DNA of 64,000 nucleotides from Desulfobacterales bacterium (GTDB lineage: Bacteria > Desulfobacterota > Desulfobacteria > Desulfobacterales > JAHEIW01), in contig JASFNW010000004.1 of the NCBI GenBank assembly GCA_050116835.1, positions 7,024 to 71,023 of the forward strand, written 5' to 3'. Below, in pieces: positions 47,072 through 56,891 of this stretch. The position numbers and the translations under genes were made by a program. Position 1 is the stretch's first letter. The number at the start of each line of letters is the position of its first letter. The notes under the pieces were generated by a model, which was not told where the DNA came from, made no database searches, and was given only the letters and a program-made list of their open reading frames with translations.

Positions 47072-47542
47072 TTACAAATTCGTTTCCGGGGTACCTTTGT
47101 TTTGCGGGCCGCGAACCGCAAACACCGAGCAAGGGGCATTCTGAATGACCCGTTGCAAAACATTTTCCTTGAAAAAGTGCAACCAGCCTTTCGGTCTGTG
47201 AGCCGGCATCACAATTACATCTGCATTCAGCTCACGAGCTTTTTCGACAATCACACGTGCCATCGGCAGGCCGATAACTTTGATTTCTTCTATGGCAATC
47301 GAATTTTTAACGCTATCTGGAATTAAGCCAAAGAGCGCGTTTTGTTCTTTATGTACCCGCTGTTTTTGGACATGCTCCAGCGCACCGCCTGCAATTCGCC
47401 CATGGACCGGAAAGGGCGCTTTGACATGCAGCACGTAAAGCCGCGCCTGTTGGTCCTGAGCCAGCGCAGCGGCATAACGGGCTGCATACGTGGTTGCTTC
47501 TGAAAAGTCCACCGGAACCAGGATGGTTTCAATTGTGATCAC
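47072..47542 (-). CDS. Universal stress protein (UspA family)
   Basis: ILVPVDFSE, the VLHV pattern and C-terminal VIVMPAH..VIQNAPCSVFAV. The GTG at 47542, preceded by GGGAG, is preferred. The track start at 47578 is the alternative. Confidence 0.75.
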   Translation of the reverse strand: MITIETILVPVDFSEATTYAARYAAALAQDQQARLYVLHVKAPFPVHGRIAGGALEHVQKQRVHKEQNALFGLIPDSVKNSIAIEEIKVIGLPMARVIVEKARELNADVIVMPAHRPKGWLHFFKENVLQRVIQNAPCSVFAVRGPQNKGTPETNL

Positions 47543-47733
47543 GGCCGCAACTCCCGAATTTATCAAAGGCCTGAACACCTTTTAGAATTTACAATTGACG
47601 ATTGAATTAAACAGAGCATAGTATAACTTGAATATTGCATGAAAAACGTTTGAATGCATCCATTATCATGCAACATATATTATAATTTTAAAAACCGTGT
47701 CAAAACGGATCATATTCAGTAAGGACTCTATGC

Positions 47734-48522
47734 ATGAAAAAGGAAGACATCAAGAAGCTGGCCGAAAACGGAAATTTCATTTCCGGAATTTACAATTATT
47801 GTGATCGCTGGTGTGAGCGCTGCCCGTTTACCGCGCGCTGCATGAATTTTGCCATGACGCGTGAATATTCGGATGATCCTGAGGCCAGTGATATAAACAA
47901 TGAAAAGTTTTGGCAAAACCTTTCTGATATTTTTAAGGTGACCCGGGAGTTGGTAGAGGAGACCGCCCAAGAGATGGGGGTCGATCTCGATAGAACCGAT
48001 TTTGACGAAACCGCCCGGGAAGAGGGCATTAAAGATAAAATTACCGAAAATCACGAGTGCTGCCAGGCTGCCAAGAAATACTATCAAATGGTCACTGAAT
48101 TCTTTGAATCAGAATATGTTCCCTCGCTGCAGGTCGTTGACAAGAGACACATTAAGAATGCCGCTGAATTGCAAAAGAGCGCTACTCTGGACGCTCCCCC
48201 CACCCTTGATGAAATGGTTGAAATTATTCACTGGTACCAGCATTTTATCTATGTCAAGCTGATGCGGGCCGTACGCGGCACCCTGGGCAACGCTGAAGAA
48301 GAATGTGAAGGTTTTCCAAAAGATTCAGACGGCTCTGCCAAAGTGGCGCTGATTGCCATTGACCGCTCCATGGCTGCCTGGGGATACATGCACCAATTTT
48401 TCCCATCTCATCGGGATCAAATTATGGGCATTATTGTGCACCTGGAGCGGCTGCGCAACCGGACGGAAACGATATTTCCGGAAGTGCGCCATTTCGTGCG
48501 GCCGGGATTTGATAAACACTAA
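47734..48522 (+). CDS. Hypothetical protein with N-terminal CX3CX2C-X6-C motif
   Basis: 262 aa. Contains YCDRWCERCPFTARC. The remainder is acidic and helical. It lies 20 nt upstream of a radical SAM gene. Confidence 0.55.
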   Translation: MKKEDIKKLAENGNFISGIYNYCDRWCERCPFTARCMNFAMTREYSDDPEASDINNEKFWQNLSDIFKVTRELVEETAQEMGVDLDRTDFDETAREEGIKDKITENHECCQAAKKYYQMVTEFFESEYVPSLQVVDKRHIKNAAELQKSATLDAPPTLDEMVEIIHWYQHFIYVKLMRAVRGTLGNAEEECEGFPKDSDGSAKVALIAIDRSMAAWGYMHQFFPSHRDQIMGIIVHLERLRNRTETIFPEVRHFVRPGFDKH

Positions 48523-48542
48523 GGGCAAACGCAGGAGGAGCC

Positions 48543-49811
48543 TTGCAATTCATTTATCTGGATCGATTTAATATCGGAATCGATCGGCACGGAGCCGAGC
48601 GTTATGCCAAAACCAGTTATCCGGTCCGTTACGGCAAATACGGTGAGATTAAAACCGCCGATTACCTGTTTGAATATAACCTCAATGGTGAAATCAAAAC
48701 CATTCGCGGAATAAATGGCAATTGGCCCCATCCGGCAGAGTGGCTCAAGCGCACCGCCGCCAATGACTGGGTGTATTATTCGGTGGGCAGATATCATCGC
48801 CTTTTTTCTTTTTTGGGTGAATATTACCTGCCCTGTTTGCCCTATCCGAGCAACTCACCCTGGGAACACAATCCGTTTGGCGATGTGAATGTTCAAAATG
48901 CCCTGGCAGACGCTTTCCGGCTGCAGGCGGAGATTCGTTCCTTGCCGGCCAACGGGATTCCGGCCGATATCTCAGGCTATCTGGGTCGTGTCGTGCAAAA
49001 CGATGCCCGTGCCCTTGGCCGCAAAACGGAAAAGTTGCATGATATTATCGGCGGGGCAGTTTCGGTTCTGCCGCCGGATACACGCCACGTGGATTATAAC
49101 GTCATTCCGCTGATGGTGGCTGACGGCTGTCTGTACGATTGCGGTTTTTGCTGCATAAAATCCCGGCAGCGGTTCCAGCGTCGGACCCTGGATAATATCG
49201 ACCGTCAGATCCGGCGCTTAAAGCTTCTTTACGACGCCGATTTGCGCAATTACAATGCCCTGTTTCTGGGCAATCATGACGCTCTGGCCGCCGGGCGAGA
49301 GACCATTCGGCATGCGGCCACAGTGGCCTATCACGCGTTCGGGTTTGAACGCGCCTACCTTAAAAATCCGACCCTTTTTTTATTCGGCAGCGTTGATTCG
49401 TTGCTCAATGCCGGTCATCAGCTGTTTGAAGCCCTCAGCCATATGCCGTTTTACACCTATATCAATATCGGGCTGGAATCAGCCGACGCCGTTACGCTGG
49501 CGCTCATCAACAAACCGCTGCAGCGCGATAAAATCGAAGCGGCTTTCCAGAAGATGCTCGATGTAAACCGCCATTATCTGAATATTGAGGTGACGGCCAA
49601 TTTTTTGCTGGGAGATCACCTGCCGCCCGCGCATCATGATGAGCTGATTGATCTGATTCGCAGCAAGCTGAAGCGACCGTACAGCAAAGGCGCTATTTAC
49701 CTGTCACCCTTAAATACCAGCCGCAACCACAGCCAGCTGCTGCGTCAATTTGTCGAGATCAAAACCAAAAGCCGGCTGCCCGCTTACCTGTATCTGATCC
49801 AACGATTGTAA
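48543..49811 (+). CDS. Radical SAM protein with about 190-aa N-terminal extension
   Basis: CX3CX2C at ADGCLYDCGFCC. TTG start preceded by AGGAGG. A TIM-barrel-like remainder follows the motif. Confidence 0.7.
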   Translation: MQFIYLDRFNIGIDRHGAERYAKTSYPVRYGKYGEIKTADYLFEYNLNGEIKTIRGINGNWPHPAEWLKRTAANDWVYYSVGRYHRLFSFLGEYYLPCLPYPSNSPWEHNPFGDVNVQNALADAFRLQAEIRSLPANGIPADISGYLGRVVQNDARALGRKTEKLHDIIGGAVSVLPPDTRHVDYNVIPLMVADGCLYDCGFCCIKSRQRFQRRTLDNIDRQIRRLKLLYDADLRNYNALFLGNHDALAAGRETIRHAATVAYHAFGFERAYLKNPTLFLFGSVDSLLNAGHQLFEALSHMPFYTYINIGLESADAVTLALINKPLQRDKIEAAFQKMLDVNRHYLNIEVTANFLLGDHLPPAHHDELIDLIRSKLKRPYSKGAIYLSPLNTSRNHSQLLRQFVEIKTKSRLPAYLYLIQRL

Positions 49812-50213
49812 TCCGACCCGATTGTCTTTTCTGCTGCACGACCCATTTCAGGTGTTTTTCGTAGATGTAGCGTATTCAATTCTTTTGCATCTGATCAGCT
49901 AAAAGTAAAAAAGAAGAAAACCAAAGATCCATTTATCTTTCCACCTTCGCTTTTAAGCTAGAGAAATAACACGATATAAGTTCCGTCATTTTTTTTTCCA
50001 GAAGAGGTAGACAAAACCGGAAGCGGGCATTATTATTTCCCATTGTTTTTTTTAGGTGCTTTTTTACCTTACCGATTTTGCAACAAAGTTAACGATACAA
50101 CCACTTGTCTATTTAGCTTTACACAGAAATGTCATTCGTAATTTTTAGGTTATAACTCATCAGCACATTGTGCTGCTTGCCCTTATAATGACCCCATAAA
50201 AGGAGGTGTAATT

Positions 50214-51305
50214 ATGCAGTATAAAGCTTTTACTTTCCCGATGGTCATCGCAATCGCGCTGGTCGGTTTTTTTGCCAGCACAATTCCAGCTGCAGAGATC
50301 ATCACGGAGAAAGATATTGTTGAAAAAGTGGTGCAGAAAGAAGATTTTATCAAAACAGCTGACAATTTTCTTATTCTGTTTGATTCTTCGAGCTCGATGA
50401 AAGAATTTGTCAACAAAGGTACCAAAGAAACCAAATACGACGTTGTCAGGAAAATCCTGGCAGAGCGACAAAAAGTGCTGCCGGATCTGGGTTACAATGC
50501 CGGTTTGTACCTCTATACGCCGTTTCAAGAAGTCTACCCCATGGGGCCCTATGATCCGGCGAAGTTTTCCGCAGCCATTGACAGCCTGCCGGCAGAGCCC
50601 AAGGGTCGCACACCTTTGCCGACAGGAATTCGTGACATTGAGCCGATACTGGAAAAGTTGTCCGGTAAGACTGCCGTTTTTATCTTCAGCGACGGCACCT
50701 TCGACCAACATACGGGTGTCAAAGTGCCCGAGGCGTACACCCGGGAATTGGCGCAATCCAACGATGTCTGTTTCTATATGATCAGCAGCGCAACGAATTG
50801 GCAGGCCGAAAAGCGATTGGGTGATATGGCCAAAGCCAACGCCTGTTCGCGCGTTATTCCCATCGAGGCCTTCATCAACAATCCGGAATACATGACCGGA
50901 GCGTTGTACACGGTCAAGGCCTCCGCGGTGGTGGAAACGACCACCGAGGCCAGAATCGCAGGTCTGAGGGCGAATAATGGTCTATTTGAATTTAATCAAT
51001 CCGATATCCGTCCGGAGTTTCAAAGTGAGTTGGATGAGGTCGGAATGTTTCTGCAAAATAACCCCAGTGCTTACGTCCAGCTGGTCGGGTACACGGACAG
51101 TATCGGAACCGAGGAATATAATCTGGGCCTTTCTCAACGCAGAGCTGACAGTGCTGCAAACTATCTTATGAACACGCACAACATCAGTCGCGAGCGGATC
51201 GTCGTGACCTATTACGGCGAGGCCAATCCGGTTGCAAGCAATGATACCGAAGAGGGTAGGGCCCAAAACCGGCGGGTTGAAATCGCCGTCGGCGGCCTAA
51301 ATTAG
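50214..51305 (+). CDS. vWA-like / OmpA-like fusion envelope protein
   Basis: Signal peptide. MIDAS-like LILFDSSSSM and FIFSDGT. C-terminal OmpA-like VGYTDSIGTEEYNLGLSQRRA and NRRVEI. Confidence 0.7.
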   Translation: MQYKAFTFPMVIAIALVGFFASTIPAAEIITEKDIVEKVVQKEDFIKTADNFLILFDSSSSMKEFVNKGTKETKYDVVRKILAERQKVLPDLGYNAGLYLYTPFQEVYPMGPYDPAKFSAAIDSLPAEPKGRTPLPTGIRDIEPILEKLSGKTAVFIFSDGTFDQHTGVKVPEAYTRELAQSNDVCFYMISSATNWQAEKRLGDMAKANACSRVIPIEAFINNPEYMTGALYTVKASAVVETTTEARIAGLRANNGLFEFNQSDIRPEFQSELDEVGMFLQNNPSAYVQLVGYTDSIGTEEYNLGLSQRRADSAANYLMNTHNISRERIVVTYYGEANPVASNDTEEGRAQNRRVEIAVGGLN

Positions 51306-51315
51306 AAAAAAAATC

Positions 51316-51342
51316 GGGGGAAGGACGTCACTGTCCTCCCCC
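51316..51342. terminator. Bidirectional rho-independent terminator
   Basis: gggggaaggac-gtcact-gtcctccccc, flanked by A8 upstream and ttaatttt downstream. It sits between the convergent vWA-OmpA and aceA genes. Confidence 0.6.
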
Positions 51343-51420
51343 TTAATTTTACCTGCCTGTTACTTCATTTCTAAATCTAAAGTTTTTCAGCCAACCCTGT
51401 TATTTCCCGTTGGCATTAGG

Positions 51421-52761
51421 TCAAAATTGGGCTTTTTCGGTGGACTCCTCCAGAGCCTCCACGGAACTCCCACCGCCGGTGACACAGCTTATGACCCGGT
51501 CAAAATAGCCGGTGCCGACAAACTTCTGGTGGGTAATGGCCATGTAACCATCTTCTGTGCCATGCGCAAATTCCTGCTGCTGAAATTCGGAGTAGGCCTT
51601 CATGCCCTCTTTACGGTAACTGAGCGCTAGTTCAAACATGCCCAGGTTAAGGGCATGAAAACCGGCTAGGGTGACAAACTGAAACCTGTACCCCATGGCG
51701 CCCAGCTCCCGTTGAAAATTGGCGATTTCACTGTCCCCCAGGTTGCCTTTCCAGTTAAAAGAAGGCGAGCAATTATAGGCCAGCAATTTGTCCGGATACG
51801 CATCCCGGATGCCTTCGGCAAATTGCTTGGCCTGTTCCAGGTCGGGTGTTGACGTTTCACACCATACCAGATCCGCATACGGAGCGTAGGCCCGGCCGCG
51901 GGCGATTGCAGCTTGAACCCCATTTTTTATGGGATAGAAACCCTCTAGGGTGCGGTTATCGTCGATGATAAACGGCCGGTCACGCTCATCGATATCACTG
52001 GTGAGCAGCCGGGCGGCATCGGCATCGGTGCGGGCGACCAGAATTGTGGGAACCCCGCAGACGTCGGCAGCCAGGCGGGCCGCGATGAGTTTGGTGATAA
52101 ATTCCTGGGTGGGCACGAGCACTTTACCGCCCAGGTGGCCGCATTTTTTGGCGGATGCCAGCTGGTCTTCAAAGTGCACCCCGGCTGCCCCGGCATTGAT
52201 CATCTGTTTCATCAACTCGAACGCATTCAAAGGGCCGCCGAAGCCGGCTTCAGCATCGGCAACGATGGGCGCAAACCAGTAAGGGCCGCGTTTGCGACCA
52301 TCGAGCACCTGGATCTGGTCGGCCCGCCGCAGGGCATTGTTGATTCGGCGCACGACTTCGGGAACGCTGTTGGCCGGATAAAGACTCTGATCGGGGTACA
52401 TTTCACCGGCCAGGTTTGCGTCGGCTGCCACCTGCCACCCGCTCAGGTAAATAGCCTTAAGGCCGGCTTCCACCTGTTGCACGGCCTGGTTGCCGGTCAG
52501 CGCGCCCAGGGCCGGAATGTAATCCTCGTTCTGCAGCAGATACCACAGCCGCTTGGCACCGGCTGTGGCAAAGGTATATTCGACTTTAAGCGTCCCCCGC
52601 AGTGCCAGCACCTCCTCGGGCGTATACGGTCGGATAACGCCTTTCCAGCGCGGATCGTTTTCCCATTCGTCACGCATGATGGCCGCATCATCGACATCGA
52701 TTTCGTGACATGAAAGCCGCTCACACAGTTCCATGGCCTTTTCTTCAATGGTTTTTGGCAT
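51421..52761 (-). CDS. aceA: Isocitrate lyase
   Basis: 446 aa. ICL signature KKCGHLGGK. High resemblance to enterobacterial AceA ([29 protein letters not shown]). Confidence 0.95.
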   Translation of the reverse strand: MPKTIEEKAMELCERLSCHEIDVDDAAIMRDEWENDPRWKGVIRPYTPEEVLALRGTLKVEYTFATAGAKRLWYLLQNEDYIPALGALTGNQAVQQVEAGLKAIYLSGWQVAADANLAGEMYPDQSLYPANSVPEVVRRINNALRRADQIQVLDGRKRGPYWFAPIVADAEAGFGGPLNAFELMKQMINAGAAGVHFEDQLASAKKCGHLGGKVLVPTQEFITKLIAARLAADVCGVPTILVARTDADAARLLTSDIDERDRPFIIDDNRTLEGFYPIKNGVQAAIARGRAYAPYADLVWCETSTPDLEQAKQFAEGIRDAYPDKLLAYNCSPSFNWKGNLGDSEIANFQRELGAMGYRFQFVTLAGFHALNLGMFELALSYRKEGMKAYSEFQQQEFAHGTEDGYMAITHQKFVGTGYFDRVISCVTGGGSSVEALEESTEKAQF

Positions 52762-52807
52762 GATCGGTTATCCTTTCGTTATGCCTTTGACTATCGCATG
52801 TCAAAAA

Positions 52808-54412
52808 TTAGTCCAAATGCTCGTAGGCACGCAGCGTTAAAAATTCTTCCAGCTCTTCATTGGCAATAATGTCGTCGAAAAGGCGGGCGGCCAGCTCATA
52901 GTTGCCCGAGGCAAAGCGCTCTTCTCCAACCGTTTGTCTAATTTTTCGCATTTCTTCAGCCATGACTTCCCGGAACATCTCAAGGGTTACCTTGCGGCCG
53001 TCGGACAGCACCCCATCGGGATGATGAATCCATTGCCATACCTGGGTTCGGGAAATCTCGGCCGTAGCGGCATCCTCCATCAGGTTGTAAATGGGAACAC
53101 AGCCCAGGCCGCTGAGCCAGTTGGCCATGTATTGAATGCCAACATCGATGTTGGTGCGCAGCCCTTCTTCGGTAATGGTGCCTTCAGGCACTTTCAACAG
53201 GTCCGCTGCGGTTACGGTGACATCTTCGCGCAGTTTTACAATCTGATTGGGCTGCGGCATGATCTTATCGAATTCATCTTTGGCAATTTGCATCAGGCCC
53301 GGATGAGCCACCCAGGTGCCGTCATGACCATCGCGTGCTTCGCGGACTTTGTCTTCCTGCACCTTTTTCAGGGCAGCCGCATTAGCGTCAGGGGCATTTT
53401 TGATGGGGATCTGGGCTGCCATGCCGCCCAAAGCATGGGTGCCGCGTCGATGGCAGGTTTTAATGACCAGAAGGGAATAGGCGTGCATGCAATGGCGGGT
53501 CATAGTAATTTGAGCGCGATCGGGGAAGATATAGCCCGGCACATTTCTAAAACGCTTGATGAAGCTGAAGATATAATCCCAGCGGCCGCAATTTAAACCG
53601 GCCATATGCTCTTTCAGCTCATAGATGATTTCATCCACTTCGAATGCGGCTAAAATGGTTTCAATCAAAACGGTGGCCTTGATGGTCCCGGCAGGGATAC
53701 CAATCGTTTCCTGGGCGCGAATAAAGATGTCATTCCACAGCCGGGCTTCCAGATGGCTTTCAATTTTGGGCAGATAAAAATAGGGTCCGGTTCCTTTGGC
53801 CAGCAGGGCCTTTGCATTGTGGAAAAGATAAAGCCCGAAATCAAATATGCTGCCTGAAATCGGCTCGCCGTCAACGGTGACGTGTTTTTCAACCAGATGC
53901 CAGCCCCGGGGTCTGACAATCAGGGTGGCGATTTTTGGATTCAGTTTATACTGTTTGCCCTGCGGATTGATGAACGAAATCGTTTCTCGAACTGCATCAT
54001 ACAGGTTGATTTGTCCCTCGATGGTTCCTTTCCAGGTGGGTGAATGCGAGTCTTCAAAATCCGCCATATACGTGCTGGCACCGGAGTTGAGCGCATTGAT
54101 AATCATTTTGCGGTCCACCGGTCCTGTGATTTCCACCCGCCGATCCTTCAGATCATCCGGAATCGGTGCCACCTTCCAGTCGCTTTCTCGAATTTCCCGC
54201 GTTTGCGGTAAAAAGTCCGGGAGCTTTCCGCCATCGATTTCGCTCTGTCGCTTTTGACGGTCTTGCAAAAGCGATTTGCGTTGCGCTTCGAATTCACGCG
54301 CCAGGGCGCCAACGAATTGAAGGGCTTCAGGCGTTAGAATTTGAGAAAACGCTTCGTCAACGGGTCCAAGTACTTCTATGTCATCAACCTTAACTAGGCC
54401 GCTCATGATCAA
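52808..54412 (-). CDS. aceB: Malate synthase A
   Basis: 534 aa. Malate synthase A length and motifs (RVEITGP, YFYLPKIES, LNCGRWDYIFS). TTG start preceded by AAGGAGG. Confidence 0.9.
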   Translation of the reverse strand: MIMSGLVKVDDIEVLGPVDEAFSQILTPEALQFVGALAREFEAQRKSLLQDRQKRQSEIDGGKLPDFLPQTREIRESDWKVAPIPDDLKDRRVEITGPVDRKMIINALNSGASTYMADFEDSHSPTWKGTIEGQINLYDAVRETISFINPQGKQYKLNPKIATLIVRPRGWHLVEKHVTVDGEPISGSIFDFGLYLFHNAKALLAKGTGPYFYLPKIESHLEARLWNDIFIRAQETIGIPAGTIKATVLIETILAAFEVDEIIYELKEHMAGLNCGRWDYIFSFIKRFRNVPGYIFPDRAQITMTRHCMHAYSLLVIKTCHRRGTHALGGMAAQIPIKNAPDANAAALKKVQEDKVREARDGHDGTWVAHPGLMQIAKDEFDKIMPQPNQIVKLREDVTVTAADLLKVPEGTITEEGLRTNIDVGIQYMANWLSGLGCVPIYNLMEDAATAEISRTQVWQWIHHPDGVLSDGRKVTLEMFREVMAEEMRKIRQTVGEERFASGNYELAARLFDDIIANEELEEFLTLRAYEHLD

Positions 54413-54537
54413 TATTCCTCCTTTGCAGAGCCTAATACTTTGATGAAGACTTTAAGCTCGAATTGAGTCGAAGTCAACGGCCACCTTTAATTTGAACTTC
54501 TTAATTTTAACACAGCCCTTGGGCGTTAGATGCATTT

Positions 54538-56283
54538 TTAAGAGTGACCTGTGTTAAGCCGTCGGCTTTGAGCATATGGAAAAATATGGCGGTGCTCACC
54601 GGCCCGTATGGAAGCCTGGGCATTCTGCCAGAAATCGACATCCAGTAGATCGGAATGGTGATCTAAAAAGATTTGCAATAAATGATCGGACAGCCCCAAA
54701 AAATGTCTGAATTCTTGCGGGAATACATCGTTTTCCCCAACGACATACCAGGGCTCTGAAGCCAGCTCATCTTCATAGCTGACCGGTTGCGGTATTTTAC
54801 GAAAATTACAGGTCGTCAGCGGGCACAGTTCATCGTAGTCATAGAATACCACCCGCCCATGACGCGTGACGCCAAAATTTTTTAAGAGGATATCGCCTGG
54901 AAAGATATTGCTGACAGCCAAATCTTTGATGGCAGCGCCAAAGTCGATTACGGCCCTGCGGGCAGCTTCCGGTTCAGCTTTTTGCAGGTAAATATTTAAA
55001 GGCGTCACCCGGCGTTCGACATAGGTATGGGATAGGATCACATGATTATTTTCGATCTTTACGGTTTGAACGGCTTCAGCTTGCAGCTCGGCCAGCAGTT
55101 GCGGTGCAAAAAAACAGTCGTCAAATTTTAAAAATTCAAAGTCCTGCGCATCGATCAAGCGGCCGGCGCGATCGTGCTCGAATACCAGGCGGTATTTTTC
55201 TTTCACCTGCTGCCGGGTAGTTTTTTTGGGCCGACCGAAGCGGTCTCTCATGAGCTTAAATACCAGATTGTCATTGGGCATGTTAAAAACAATCATCACC
55301 AGGCCGCTTTCTCCAGGCGATATTTCGAAGCGTTCCGCCCGGCACTCTGACAGGTGGCCCAGAAGTTCACGGTAAAGCATGGTTTTGCCGTGTTTGTTGA
55401 AGCCGATCGCCGTATATAGTTCAGCAATGCGCTTCAGCGGTATAATGGTTTTGAGAAAGCCGATCAATTTATGTGGGCTTGCCGATTCCACGTGAAAATA
55501 AGAGCGTGTAAAACTGAATAGTATACTGATATCATTTTCCTGCAAAAGGACAGCATCCACGGTGATGCCTTCAGATGAATTCACAAACGCAATGGCGAGT
55601 GGAATCAGCTTGCGTCCGCTGAACATCCGGCCGATAACATACGCGCCCATCCCGCGATAAAAAACGGTCTCTATCATTTCAATGCGGTCATCAATTGCAG
55701 CCGCCAGTCCCTTTTCGCCCAGATGGGCTTCAACTTTAGCAGCCACCTGCGCGGCGTCTCGGTCGAGGTTCCCGAATCCGTTTTTCAACGGATAATCAGC
55801 CAGAATCTGTCGGATCAGGCCTGTGGTAGAGTTGCCACCGGGATACGAGCGGTATACATCGGCATGCACCTGAGCGGGGGGCGGGGCTCCATCTGGGTCG
55901 ACAAATTCAATTTGCGGGTCAACGCCGACGGTGGCAAAAATGCGACGCGTAACCGAATTAAAAAAGGTTTCAGCCAGCTCGCGGTCCGAACGTGCGCTCA
56001 CCAGCCCGGCATACCTGGCCTTTAAATTTGCCCAGAGCGGTTTGTCTTCAATTTGGTCACCCAGTAACTGCCGAATGCTGCGCTCAATTTTGTCGACTTC
56101 ATTTTTGTAGATATCCAGTCTGGCGGCCGCATCAGTACGCATGCCCTGCCAGTCGAGTGCCTGAAACCGTGATTGAGCGCGGGAGGTGACCCCGTCAAAC
56201 CGGGTCCGGTAGCTAACAAAAGTGTCCTTGATCCCTCTGGCAGCTGTTTTTGCAAGTTGGTTTTCAGATTTATTCCCGGACAT
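54538..56283 (-). CDS. aceK: Isocitrate dehydrogenase kinase/phosphatase
   Basis: 581 aa. Strong resemblance to AceK (NIFPGDILLKNFGVTRHGRVVFYDYDE, ELASEPWY, VFPQEFRHFL). Confidence 0.9.
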   Translation of the reverse strand: MSGNKSENQLAKTAARGIKDTFVSYRTRFDGVTSRAQSRFQALDWQGMRTDAAARLDIYKNEVDKIERSIRQLLGDQIEDKPLWANLKARYAGLVSARSDRELAETFFNSVTRRIFATVGVDPQIEFVDPDGAPPPAQVHADVYRSYPGGNSTTGLIRQILADYPLKNGFGNLDRDAAQVAAKVEAHLGEKGLAAAIDDRIEMIETVFYRGMGAYVIGRMFSGRKLIPLAIAFVNSSEGITVDAVLLQENDISILFSFTRSYFHVESASPHKLIGFLKTIIPLKRIAELYTAIGFNKHGKTMLYRELLGHLSECRAERFEISPGESGLVMIVFNMPNDNLVFKLMRDRFGRPKKTTRQQVKEKYRLVFEHDRAGRLIDAQDFEFLKFDDCFFAPQLLAELQAEAVQTVKIENNHVILSHTYVERRVTPLNIYLQKAEPEAARRAVIDFGAAIKDLAVSNIFPGDILLKNFGVTRHGRVVFYDYDELCPLTTCNFRKIPQPVSYEDELASEPWYVVGENDVFPQEFRHFLGLSDHLLQIFLDHHSDLLDVDFWQNAQASIRAGEHRHIFPYAQSRRLNTGHS

Positions 56284-56338
56284 TTTGATAGATAAGAATT
56301 GTTTTTTTAAGCGCGTTGTAGGATGTTTTTATCAGCGG

Positions 56339-56367
56339 ATCTTAAATGCATCCGAACATTTTTTCAA
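56339..56367 (-). promoter_or_regulatory. Candidate sigma-70 promoter for aceK-aceB-aceA
   Basis: On the minus strand: TTGAAA, a 17-nt spacer, then TAAGAT, about 55 nt upstream of the aceK ATG. Confidence 0.3.
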
Positions 56368-56445
56368 CCAGGAGTGTGACTTTAAAAAATGGCAAGGGTA
56401 AAATGAGAGGACAAGATAATTCTGTTTTAGCAGAAGGGTAGGTGA

Positions 56446-56799
56446 TTAGGCTTTTGTTCCGTCATGCTTGCCCGGCATCATGAAACAGGCGTCGCCCAGA
56501 CGGTTGCAGAGATAGGCATCGATAATTTTTTCAAGCTCGCCGGCAATACCGCTGATTAAAGCAATATTTTTACCGGCTAAAAATCGGCACATGACATCAC
56601 TGACCCCGGCACAGATTATCTTGCGGATTCCCCAGCGAGCCATGACCTCGATGCGTTCATGGATGGACATTTTGTCAAGATTCAGTTCCTGCCGGCGGAT
56701 TTCACAGCCCTTTTCTATGTCCACCACCACCATGCGCTGGCATGCGTCCAGTACAGGGGAGACCCGCGATTCAAATACCGGTATCGCCACTCTTTCCAT
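56446..56799 (-). CDS. NifX/NifB-C-terminal-like (dinitrogenase FeMo-cofactor-binding fold) small protein
   Basis: 117 aa. The pattern VAIPV..RVSP....C...VVVD... and IRKIICAGV is typical of this family. Confidence 0.65.
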   Translation of the reverse strand: MERVAIPVFESRVSPVLDACQRMVVVDIEKGCEIRRQELNLDKMSIHERIEVMARWGIRKIICAGVSDVMCRFLAGKNIALISGIAGELEKIIDAYLCNRLGDACFMMPGKHDGTKA

Positions 56800-56891
56800 G
56801 GATTTTCATATCTTAAAGAGGCTTGCCAATCGCAAGCTTTGCTACCGATTAAAGTCAAAATTTCTCAAGTGATATAAACCTACCGTTACCC

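Noticed and set aside
50160-50756. 198-aa ORF on the minus strand
   Set aside because: It is antisense to the vWA/OmpA gene, which has a strong RBS and clear domain motifs.
52135-53596. 192-aa and 220-aa plus-strand ORFs (52135-52713 and 52934-53596)
   Set aside because: They are antisense to aceA and aceB respectively and are shadow ORFs.
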